From: Trichormus sp. ATA11-4-KO1
GTDB lineage: Bacteria > Cyanobacteriota > Cyanobacteriia > Cyanobacteriales > Nostocaceae
NCBI GenBank assembly: GCA_019358915.1
Contig: JAHHIM010000001.1
Coordinates: 232,386-296,385, forward strand
Direction of reading: 5' to 3'
DNA: 64,000 nt
The translations under genes and the position numbers were made by a program. Below are positions 1-8,296 of the stretch, piece by piece (the first letter of the stretch is position 1; every line of letters begins with the position of its first letter). A model generated the notes under the pieces. The model was given only the letters and a program-made list of their open reading frames with translations, searched no databases and was not told the DNA's origin.

Positions 1-207
1 TAAAACTCTTTGAATATCATTGGCTGTGGGATTTTCTACCTTAAAAGTTTGAGTACTATTGGAATCATAGACATAAAAATCTTGTGATGCGCTGCCGCCA
101 ATATTAGCGCCAGTGAGGCTTCCGGCTTGAGCTGGGACAGTGGCGATCGCGCTCACACCAACAGCCATTGCAGTGCCAATTATCAGGGTTTGAAAAATCT
201 TTTTCAT
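1..207 (-). CDS. Secreted protein N-terminus, likely PEP-CTERM-type surface protein (runs off window start)
   Basis: Not in ORF track. Read by hand: MKKIFQTLIIGTAMAVGVSAIATVPAQAGSLTGANIGGSASQDFYVYDSNSTQTF..., a signal peptide ending PAQA, with GGAG RBS upstream. The C-terminal sorting signal is outside the window. Confidence 0.7.
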   Translation of the reverse strand, partial: MKKIFQTLIIGTAMAVGVSAIATVPAQAGSLTGANIGGSASQDFYVYDSNSTQTFKVENPTANDIQRVL

Positions 208-525
208 CAACAAGTCTCCATCGGGTTTCAAGTATGGCTTTATACTGCTGCTGATAAATTTGGGTTGGCTTAACTACAAGCTTGAGCTTTTCAACAATAC
301 TGCTGCTTGAAGACACAACCGTAATTAGTAGCCATATTTAGTAGCTGAGCATACAAACACCAGTCTACGAAACCGGGAGTCTTAATTGGGTAAAGCTACT
401 GTAGATTATCTGTAAAATTATTACAAGTTTTTTTTTCTAAATTACTACGTTTTATTACTTAGAGAGTTCGGCTATAACTGGAGTAAAAGTTAATTTAAAA
501 CTTGTACCCTGGGAGAATCGATTAA

Positions 526-1806
526 CTACAAGAATTGGGCAATTCTCTCAACAGCAGTTTCTAATAAAGGTGGTTCATGCACCAAAGCAAAGCGGACATA
601 TCCTTCTCCAGATTTGCCAAAACCGGCACCAGGGGAAGCGGCTACACCAGTTTGTTTGACTAACTGAGTACAAAATTCCACAGAATTGTGATTCCAAGGC
701 GAGGGTAACTTAGCCCAAATGTACATTGTGGCCTTGGGAGTAGGTACATACCAACCGATACGGTGCAAGGCAGAAATAAAGCTATCGCGACGTTTACGAA
801 AGGTAGCAACGGCATCTGCTACTCCGGTTTGGGGGCCATTCAAGGCAGCGATCGCCCCATTTAAAATTCCCCGATACTGATTAAAATCAACGGCTGCTTT
901 GACTTGGCGTAACGCCTGAATTAACTGGGCATTGCCGATGGCGTAGCCAATCCGGAAGCCCCCCATATTGTAGGACTTGGAAAGAGTGAAAAATTCAATG
1001 GATACACTTTTATCTGGGTCAGCTTGCAAAACAGAAGGTACTAAGGACGGGGCATAGGGCATCGCTTTTTCCCCCACTCCCCCACTCTCCCACTCCCTAC
1101 TACCCACGGTCATTGAGCTTGTCGTTCGCGGAGCGTCTCGAAGAGAAGCGCCCCACTCCCTACTTTCCGCAAACACCAAATCCACGTAGGGAAAATCGTG
1201 AACTAAGACGATATTATGTTGCTGACAGAAGGCTACAGCTTCTTGGAAAAAAGCTAAAGGAGCGATCGCCGCAGTCGGATTATGAGGATAGCTCAATACC
1301 ATCATCCGCGATTGAGCCAAAACATCTGGGGGAATATCAGCAAATACTGGTAAAAAATTGTTTTCTGACCGTAGTGGCATTGAGTAGATTTGACCACTAG
1401 CTAAGTAAACTCCCCCGGCATGAGATGGGTAGCCCGGATCAAGCAATAAAGCAAAATCTCCGGGGTTAAGCAGAGCTAAAGGTAGATGGGCAGTACCTTC
1501 TTGGGAACCAATCAGAGGCAGTACCTCAGTTTCTGGGTCTACTTTGATGCCAAATTTTTTTGCGTACCAGTTAGCTGCGGCTTGGCGAAATGCTTGAGTG
1601 CCATGAAACAGCAAGTAGCCGTGGGTACTTGGATCATCAAGAGACTGAGCGATCGCCTCGATGACGTGCGCTTGTGCTGGTAAATCAGAAGACCCCAAAG
1701 ACAAATCAATTAACTGTCTTCCTGCTGATAGAGCCACAGCCTTGGCTTTGTCCATATCAGCAAATACATTAGATTGCAGGGGTTGTAAACGCTTAGCAAA
1801 CTGCAT
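526..1806 (-). CDS. PLP-dependent class I/II aminotransferase (LL-diaminopimelate aminotransferase-like) with in-frame repeat insertion
   Basis: YPHNPT, HDFPY, SKSYNMGGFRIG (PLP lysine) and PGAGFG motifs. Confidence 0.9.
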   Translation of the reverse strand: MQFAKRLQPLQSNVFADMDKAKAVALSAGRQLIDLSLGSSDLPAQAHVIEAIAQSLDDPSTHGYLLFHGTQAFRQAAANWYAKKFGIKVDPETEVLPLIGSQEGTAHLPLALLNPGDFALLLDPGYPSHAGGVYLASGQIYSMPLRSENNFLPVFADIPPDVLAQSRMMVLSYPHNPTAAIAPLAFFQEAVAFCQQHNIVLVHDFPYVDLVFAESREWGASLRDAPRTTSSMTVGSREWESGGVGEKAMPYAPSLVPSVLQADPDKSVSIEFFTLSKSYNMGGFRIGYAIGNAQLIQALRQVKAAVDFNQYRGILNGAIAALNGPQTGVADAVATFRKRRDSFISALHRIGWYVPTPKATMYIWAKLPSPWNHNSVEFCTQLVKQTGVAASPGAGFGKSGEGYVRFALVHEPPLLETAVERIAQFL

Positions 1807-1877
1807 TTTAGTTATTAGTCAACAATCGTTAGTAATTAGTCGTTAGTCTTGAGTCAGCATGGACTATTGACTACAGA

Positions 1878-2213
1878 CTAATTACTACTTAAGTGTGTAT
1901 CTAAGAGGTCGAGTAACTTTTCTTTGCCAATTACTCCCTCAGTGGATACTATTAACTCTTCTCCCTGAACTAGCCTGAGGGCTGGTACACCTTCTACCTG
2001 GTATTGCTTCACAGTTATAGGATTGGGATCGACTTCTATTTTAACGACTTTGAGGCGATCGCTGTATTTAGTAGCAACTAAGTTAATCAGTGGCGACATT
2101 AATTGACACGGCCCACACCAGGAAGCCCAAAAGTAAACCAATACAGGCTGCTCGGCTTGCAAAACTTCGGTTTCAAACTCACCATCAGTTATGGTGATTA
2201 CGCCCTTACTCAT
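1878..2213 (-). CDS. Thioredoxin
   Basis: WCGPC active site; likely start MSKGVITITD at 2213. Confidence 0.92.
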   Translation of the reverse strand: MSKGVITITDGEFETEVLQAEQPVLVYFWASWCGPCQLMSPLINLVATKYSDRLKVVKIEVDPNPITVKQYQVEGVPALRLVQGEELIVSTEGVIGKEKLLDLLDTHLSSN

Positions 2214-2366
2214 TACAGTCTCCATGTAGGTGGCATCGATCAAAGTTGGCACACAGAATACTCTATCTTAAAAGTGCTTCCTCCCTGAATTCTGAGTTTT
2301 GAGTAATGAAGCAAAATCCCACAACCAACAGGCGTGGGACTAGCTCAGACAAATGTTTTAACAAAG

Positions 2367-3140
2367 TTACATTTGATCCAATTGCTTGCGTAGGGATTCT
2401 AATTCGGAATCAACCACTTCATTAGATTTAGGAGCGCTGCTTTGTTGTTCTGGTGGCAGTTGAGCTTGGTTGGGTGCAGCCGCAGGTGGTAGCATCTGGG
2501 CTTTTAAGGCTGCCAATTCATCATCAACATCGCTACTTTCTAACTGAGCAAATTGGCTCTCTAAATCTGTACCTGCCAATTCTGCTGCTGATTGGGCACG
2601 AGCTTCTTGCATCATCACTTTTTCTTCCATGCGCTCGAAAGCCGCCATGGCGCTGCTACTATTCATCCCGCGCACCATGCCTTCAAGTTGCTCTTGGGCT
2701 TTGGCGGTGGTAATTCGAGCTTTGAGCATTTCTTTTTTGGTTTTAGCCTCAGAAATCTTGCTTTCTAGCTGAATTAAGTTGCGTTTGAGGGTTTCAACTT
2801 GAGTTGATTGCTGATCTAAGCTAGTTTTCAGGGCGACGCTAGTATCAGTAAAAGTCTTTTTACGTTCTAGGGCTTGCCTTGCTAGGTTTTCATCACCTTT
2901 TTGCAGCGCTAATTGGGCATTGCGTTGCCACTTATTGATTTCATTTTGGGCATCATTGTATTGTTTTTCTGTCCGTTTTTGGGCAGCGATCGCCTGAGCT
3001 ACTCCCTGACGCAACTGTACCAAGTCTTCCTGCATTTCCAGGATGGCTTGCTCTAGCATTTTTTCGGGATCTTCAGCTTTATTCACCAAGTCGTTGAGGT
3101 TAGCACTGACTACTCGTCTAATACGATCAAATAATCCCAT
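2367..3140 (-). CDS. vipp1: Vipp1/IM30 (PspA family with C-terminal extension)
   Basis: MGLFDRI...AEDPEKMLEQ, AFERMEEKV, extra C-terminal helix VDSELESLRKQLDQM. Confidence 0.92.
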   Translation of the reverse strand: MGLFDRIRRVVSANLNDLVNKAEDPEKMLEQAILEMQEDLVQLRQGVAQAIAAQKRTEKQYNDAQNEINKWQRNAQLALQKGDENLARQALERKKTFTDTSVALKTSLDQQSTQVETLKRNLIQLESKISEAKTKKEMLKARITTAKAQEQLEGMVRGMNSSSAMAAFERMEEKVMMQEARAQSAAELAGTDLESQFAQLESSDVDDELAALKAQMLPPAAAPNQAQLPPEQQSSAPKSNEVVDSELESLRKQLDQM

Positions 3141-3390
3141 AATTTTGTTTTTCCTTTTGGAGTTTACGCGCTTTGTTGAACAGTTCGCTTTTTTACTATT
3201 TAATAGCTTCCTATTTCAATGTAATCTTTCCAGTTTGGTTCGGTACCTCCCGACACCCATTAATTTTTCAGATATAGTAGTTGCCACGTAATTTAGGACA
3301 TATAATCATCAAACCCAGACACCAAGAGATTTTCCCGCCTGTTCCCTGTTATATATCCTAGCTGTGGTAATTGCCCAATCTGCCAAGCTT

Positions 3391-4089
3391 TTAACTTTCG
3401 GGTAACTTTTGTTGCTGTGTGTTTCCTCCTTCATTTAAAACCTGCACTTTCATAGCTGCTAGTTCCGTATCGATATCATTAGCCGATTCTAGAGTTTCAA
3501 ATTGTTTTTGCAGGTCGTCGCTACCAAGTTGAGCGATCGCTTCTGACTGCGCTTCGATTTGCAAAACTTTGTCTTCCATGCGCTCAAAAGCATTGAGACT
3601 GCTCGTAGCAGAAGTACTATCAAGCATTTCTTGCAGTCGATAAGAAGCCTCTGCCGAACGGGCGCGGGCAATATACATATCTTTTTTAGTTTTTGCCTCG
3701 GATATTTTTAACTCTAGCGATCGCATATCTTTTTTCAGCCTAGCTACCACATCGTTTTGCTGTTCTATTTGACTAGATAAGGCTGTGGCAGTTTCTTGAT
3801 AGGCTTTGCGTTTTGTCAAAGCTTCCCGTGCTAGAGGTTCATTACCTTGTTGTAGTGCCAGTTGAGCGCGGCGATACCATTCTTCTGCTGTTGATTGAGC
3901 AGCCCCTGCTTGCCGTTCAGTGCGTTTTTGGGTAGCGATCGCTTGCGCTACCCCCTGTCGTAATCGCACTAAGTTTTCCTGCATCTCCAGCACGGCTTGT
4001 TCTAAAATCTTTTCAGGATCTTCTGCACTGCCTATTAAACTATTGAGGTTAGCGCGAATTATCCGCAGGATACGCTTGATCAGTTCCAT
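3391..4089 (-). CDS. pspA: PspA/IM30 family protein
   Basis: AEDPEKILEQ, AFERMEDKV; paralog adjacent to vipp1, lacking the extra helix. Confidence 0.88.
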   Translation of the reverse strand: MELIKRILRIIRANLNSLIGSAEDPEKILEQAVLEMQENLVRLRQGVAQAIATQKRTERQAGAAQSTAEEWYRRAQLALQQGNEPLAREALTKRKAYQETATALSSQIEQQNDVVARLKKDMRSLELKISEAKTKKDMYIARARSAEASYRLQEMLDSTSATSSLNAFERMEDKVLQIEAQSEAIAQLGSDDLQKQFETLESANDIDTELAAMKVQVLNEGGNTQQQKLPES

Positions 4090-4109
4090 GTCGGCTCTCC
4101 ATTTACCTT

Positions 4110-4169
4110 ACTCAGTGCTGAGTGCGCTTGCCCTGAGCGAAGTCGAAGGGGAGCGCTGAGTGCTGAGTG
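4110..4169. repeat. TGCTGAG STRR array containing a 24-nt insert
   Basis: Insert CTTGCCCTGAGCGAAGTCGAAGGG at 4127-4150; near-identical copies at 6535-6558 and 46855-46878. Confidence 0.9.
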
Positions 4170-4270
4170 AAATACAAATCAGTACTCTTCATTAATTTTT
4201 GATGTTTGCTAGTCAACAGGTAGAGCATTTTTTTAGCTGTTTTTCTCATCCTATCTTAGATTTTTGCAAC

Positions 4271-5500
4271 TCATGGCTGCTGAATCCTCGCTTTGATTCC
4301 CTTTGCTTGTAGCTGTTGCACCTTTTGCTGTGCTTCTGCTTGCGTCTTCACTGCACCCAGATAAATCAAAGTTTTTCCAGGTGATAAATAAGCATCGGCA
4401 ACTACTTTTTGGGCAGTGGCGAGAGCGCGATCGCCTTGATTGTCTGTCACTATATGATAAAACCCATCTGCTGCTGGTGTGATTTGGGCATTAACATTTG
4501 GTGGAGTTGTCGTCGCCTGGGGTGAGGGTTGTACTGTTGCAGGTGAAGGCGAATCTAGGGGAGGTAAGGGCTGTGATTGTGGTAATGAGTTGACAACTGG
4601 AGGAATTATGGGTGATGGGGTAATTATCGGACTGGGTATTGGTTGAACCTTGGGTTGTAAACCAACTACATCTGTCGGGTCTCTCACCTCAGGAAATTCT
4701 TTAGCAGCTAAATTGGGATACTTAGGTATGGGTGTGAGTTCTGGCTTGACCTGAGGTTGGGTATTACTTCCCACTTGCTCAATATTTTCCCCATCGGGAG
4801 ATGAATTGCTGGGAAACAGTCTTGCTAAATTAAACTGAGACCAGCCTTGAGAATTAGGATTAAACACCACGTAACCCAGGGTCAGGCTTGCCAATAATAG
4901 CAGCAACATCGAACCGATACCCAGAGGAGATAACAGAGTCTCATTGGCATTGCTGGGCTTCTCTGTTTGTGTTTGTTCATCTGTCAGACTTCGCAGTAGT
5001 GCTTCACTCGATTCCAAGTAGTCATCTGGCTGTGAGGTGTCGTTTGCTTGGGCGAGATTTTCACTTTGATGAGCATTAACGACTGTAGGCACAATGCTAC
5101 TTTGAGCGTTTGATGAGGGCTTTTGTGTTTTGTTAGACTCAGTATTGGTGGGTACGTTGAAAGAATTAACTGCCTCTGTTGTTGCAGTGGGTGGTGCTGG
5201 ATGCTCCTGAGGAGTTTCATTAAGTATAAATGCCGGAGTAGTATTAGTATTAATTTCTGCAACAGATAACGGAGTTTGACCATCTGTTGCAGTAGCATCC
5301 ATCAAATCCTGAGATTGATTACCGATGTAACTTCCCATACGGGATTGATTTGGCATCCTCACGCCTATGCGTGTGCGTCGGTATCGGGCTAACTCTTGGT
5401 CTAGCGGCACTTCTAAACTCGCCAGTGCTGCCGCTAATTCTGGTTTTAACCCAGATACTTTAGATGATTGAGTACCGGAATCTATCGGATTTTGACTCAT
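4271..5500 (-). CDS. Membrane-anchored Pro-rich protein with C-terminal SPOR-like domain
   Basis: Single TM segment (GIGSMLLLLLASLTLGYVVF), Pro/Thr linker, C-terminal YLGAVKTQAEAQQKVQQLQAKGIKARI. Confidence 0.75.
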   Translation of the reverse strand: MSQNPIDSGTQSSKVSGLKPELAAALASLEVPLDQELARYRRTRIGVRMPNQSRMGSYIGNQSQDLMDATATDGQTPLSVAEINTNTTPAFILNETPQEHPAPPTATTEAVNSFNVPTNTESNKTQKPSSNAQSSIVPTVVNAHQSENLAQANDTSQPDDYLESSEALLRSLTDEQTQTEKPSNANETLLSPLGIGSMLLLLLASLTLGYVVFNPNSQGWSQFNLARLFPSNSSPDGENIEQVGSNTQPQVKPELTPIPKYPNLAAKEFPEVRDPTDVVGLQPKVQPIPSPIITPSPIIPPVVNSLPQSQPLPPLDSPSPATVQPSPQATTTPPNVNAQITPAADGFYHIVTDNQGDRALATAQKVVADAYLSPGKTLIYLGAVKTQAEAQQKVQQLQAKGIKARIQQP

Positions 5501-5633
5501 TACCTCTCTGCCTCAAACCTAGACTACTGGATTAACTTTGGATACATTTGAGCCAATACTAGCGAAAATTATTTGATACTTATACACCCGCAAAAGTCTT
5601 TTTGCTTACACTCAGCACTCAGCACTTGCAAAA

Positions 5634-6230
5634 ATGTCGTTGAAATCAGTTAATGATATTTTAGGCGTTTTGGAACAGCAGGCTAAATGGCAAGAACAAC
5701 CATTTCAGCAGTTACTCCAGATTTGGCCAGAAGTTGTCGGTTCAGTGGTGGCTGCCCATACGCGACCATTGTCAATTCAACGTAATGTTTTATGGGTGGC
5801 AACTTCTAGCGCTGCTTGGGCGCAAAACATGACTTTTGGACGCCAGACCCTGCTTTTCAAGTTAAATCAAAAGCTGCCCAAGCCTTTGGCAGATATTCGC
5901 TTCTCTACTGCTAGTTGGCAACTTCCTCCCCAGGTGGAACAGCAACCAACGGTTTTGCCACAAGAACATCCCAGTTATCTAGGTGATGTCAATAGCTTCC
6001 GCCGTGATGTTACGCCCCATATTAACAACGCGAATACTGCTTTTGGATCTTGGGCAAAGACAATGCAAGCGCGATCGCATAATTTACCTCTTTGTCCTCA
6101 ATGCCAATGTCCCACCCCACCCGGTGAACTCCAGCGCTGGCATGTCTGTTCTATTTGTGCTGCCAAGCAGTTGTCAATTCAGAAGGCAGAAGGCAGGAGG
6201 CAGAAGGCAGAAGGGAACCCACGTTTTTAA
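5634..6230 (+). CDS. DUF721/DciA-family Zn-ribbon protein
   Basis: WPEVVG..VAAHTRP..LWVATSSAAWAQ; CPQC/CSIC ribbon; the C-terminus is encoded by a CAGAAGG repeat. Confidence 0.85.
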   Translation: MSLKSVNDILGVLEQQAKWQEQPFQQLLQIWPEVVGSVVAAHTRPLSIQRNVLWVATSSAAWAQNMTFGRQTLLFKLNQKLPKPLADIRFSTASWQLPPQVEQQPTVLPQEHPSYLGDVNSFRRDVTPHINNANTAFGSWAKTMQARSHNLPLCPQCQCPTPPGELQRWHVCSICAAKQLSIQKAEGRRQKAEGNPRF

Positions 6231-6298
6231 ACGTGGGATTGAAGTAAGGACACCTTGTGTCTCGTGGCACTTGCCGCTCGACACAAATCTTTTTATAC

Positions 6299-6463
6299 TA
6301 AGTAGGACGGCGTAAATAATTAAAGGTTTGTAGTCGGGACTTTAGTCCTGAATTAAGGGCTGTACTGCTTCGCAGAACCCGTAGGGTAGCCCTTACTACG
6401 AGCTAAATTATGATAATTTTACATTGCTTCACATAGTTAAATTTATTCCCGCCAACTTACTTA
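6299..6463. mobile_element. MITE-like element with TAAGTA.. inverted ends and internal REP-like palindromes
   Basis: Left end TAAGTAGGACGGCGTAAATAA vs reverse complement of right end TAAGTAAGTTGGCGGGAATAAA; partial inverted copy at 54423-54523. Confidence 0.75.
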
Positions 6464-6521
6464 GTGGGCTTTAGACCCACAACTAAAGTTTTTATTAATA
6501 CTTCTTTTCTTCTGACTTGAA

Positions 6522-6576
6522 AGTGCTGAGTGCGCTTGTCCTGAGCGAAGTCGAAGGGGAGTACTGAGTGCTGAGT
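6522..6576. repeat. TGCTGAG STRR with 24-nt insert
   Basis: Insert at 6535-6558. Confidence 0.85.
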
Positions 6577-6763
6577 AAAAATTCCAGTCTCTAGCTTCTA
6601 GTCTCTCTTTCATACTTGGCTGTGAAACTCGTTTCATCGGAACTGCCCTCTGTCCTCTGCCTTTTGAGAGGGTCACCTGAAATCAAATCTGCCAGAAAAG
6701 CTATTAACTGGGTAAATTGGGATATAGAACCAGAAAAATTTTCTGTGCAAACCTGACCCGGAA

Positions 6764-7258
6764 ATGGTAATGAACAACTATTATCAAGATTTTTTGATTC
6801 GTAACTGGGAGATGAGCGATCGCACCAGAGCCGCTTCTGTCATCAGTTACGTTTTATCAGAATATGGTCTGGGTTGGGAACCCAATGGCGCAGACAAAGA
6901 TGTGCTGCAAGTAGAAGAATTTTACCTAGCAACTGGTGGCGAGTTTTGGGTAATTGAACACCAAAGCCAGTTAGTAGGTACTGGGGCATACTACCCGATC
7001 AAACGTGGTAAAAAAGCTGTAGAAATTCGCAAAATGTATCTTTTATCAAGCGTTAGGGGTTTAGGATTAGGAAAGTATTTATTACAACAGTTAGAAGCCG
7101 CGATCGCTGCTCGTGGTTTTCAGCAAATTTGGATTGAAACTGCCAGTGTTTTGGTGGAAGCAGTCAAGTTGTATGAAAGCAACGGTTACAAACCAGCAAC
7201 GGGAGTCGAAACAACACGCTGCGATCGCGTGTATGTGAAATTCCTCAACCAGCCTTAA
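6764..7258 (+). CDS. GNAT family N-acetyltransferase
   Basis: EIRKMYL..VRGLGLGK, AVKLYESNGY. Confidence 0.92.
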   Translation: MVMNNYYQDFLIRNWEMSDRTRAASVISYVLSEYGLGWEPNGADKDVLQVEEFYLATGGEFWVIEHQSQLVGTGAYYPIKRGKKAVEIRKMYLLSSVRGLGLGKYLLQQLEAAIAARGFQQIWIETASVLVEAVKLYESNGYKPATGVETTRCDRVYVKFLNQP

Positions 7259-7329
7259 ATACCAACTTGGTGTTTTCTGCCAGCGCCATTATTCAATACC
7301 GCCAGTTACCTGTGCAGGAAAACCCGTTT

Positions 7330-7572
7330 TCAATGCTGACTCCTCAGAACTTTTTTTAAGTTATGAGGTGGTTGATGACTTAGTTTGTAACTAGACAAGC
7401 AGGCTTCAAGATAAGGACAGTCTTCACACTTAAGCTCTTTTCCTGGATTGGCACAGCCACAGGGAACATTGACGAAACATTCATCAGGATTTTGAGGGGG
7501 TGAATATTTTTTAAATATAAAATATACAGCAGCTTCTTTTAGACAAAAAAGAATGTCTTGCACCATAAACAA
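7330..7572 (-). CDS. Small Cys-rich hypothetical protein
   Basis: 80-aa ORF with C-x5-CGC-x8-CEDC-x5-C, 45 bp downstream of the next ORF on the same strand. Confidence 0.5.
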   Translation of the reverse strand: MFMVQDILFCLKEAAVYFIFKKYSPPQNPDECFVNVPCGCANPGKELKCEDCPYLEACLSSYKLSHQPPHNLKKVLRSQH

Positions 7573-7617
7573 CCTAGTTGAATTAAGTTTGAGTAATGAA
7601 TGATTAAAGTGTAAATT

Positions 7618-7815
7618 TTAAACTACAGACCACCGATTCCAGGCTGAAATTTTATCTTCTACTACAAATTGTCTCTTTTGGGAATTGACAGTTTCCGCTA
7701 CTAAAACTTTCAGAGTTATGGTTTGGATATTATTAATGATTTGATGTCCGTAACCGATGACTTTCCCCAGATGTCCTGTTTGTTGATTTAGCACATAATC
7801 ACCAATGGTGAACAT
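7618..7815 (-). CDS. Small hypothetical protein (SH3/KOW-like beta pattern)
   Basis: MFTIGDYVLNQQTGHLGKVIGYG pattern. Confidence 0.65.
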   Translation of the reverse strand: MFTIGDYVLNQQTGHLGKVIGYGHQIINNIQTITLKVLVAETVNSQKRQFVVEDKISAWNRWSVV

Positions 7816-8296
7816 AATTACACGATCAAAGCTTAATTTATTTCTACCTAACTTGAAAAACTAGCTCTTTTTCATTCGTTCTAGTGTATGTAGTTCATGA
7901 TGGCTACTTAGATGATTCTTAATTACATTTTTAATTTTCTGTACCCTAATCATGATAAACTTCATACCGAGGGAATGTTTTAGTTTAGACTTAAGTAATA
8001 GCTTATATTCACGTAGTTTATCACTTTGGACATAACAAAATATAGCTTGCCAATCAACCCTAAGTTGTCCCCTTCCGTGTCGCGAAAGGAGACATGATTC
8101 ACCCCAGTCAAATTGTTGTAGTACTTGGTGAGATTGATTACTTTTGAAGTGGATTGAGAACTATGCGCTCAAAGGAGTTGAGTCTTCTAAGGAAAACTTT
8201 TGCTATTAGCCATAGGTTAAAATGTTTTGGCTCAATGCCATCTTCATCAAGAAATGGTATGACTACAAACAAGCAGGTGTATTGACGAGTTACTTA

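Noticed and set aside
104..316. 70-aa ORF in the track
   Set aside because: Out-of-frame overlap with the signal-peptide gene starting at 207, which has an RBS
412..424. GTA..TAC resembling an NtcA site
   Set aside because: Spacer is 7 nt, not the 8 nt required
8095..8148. 17-aa plus-strand ORF after AAGGAG
   Set aside because: SD is only 2 nt from the ATG; better explained as part of the minus-strand hairpin
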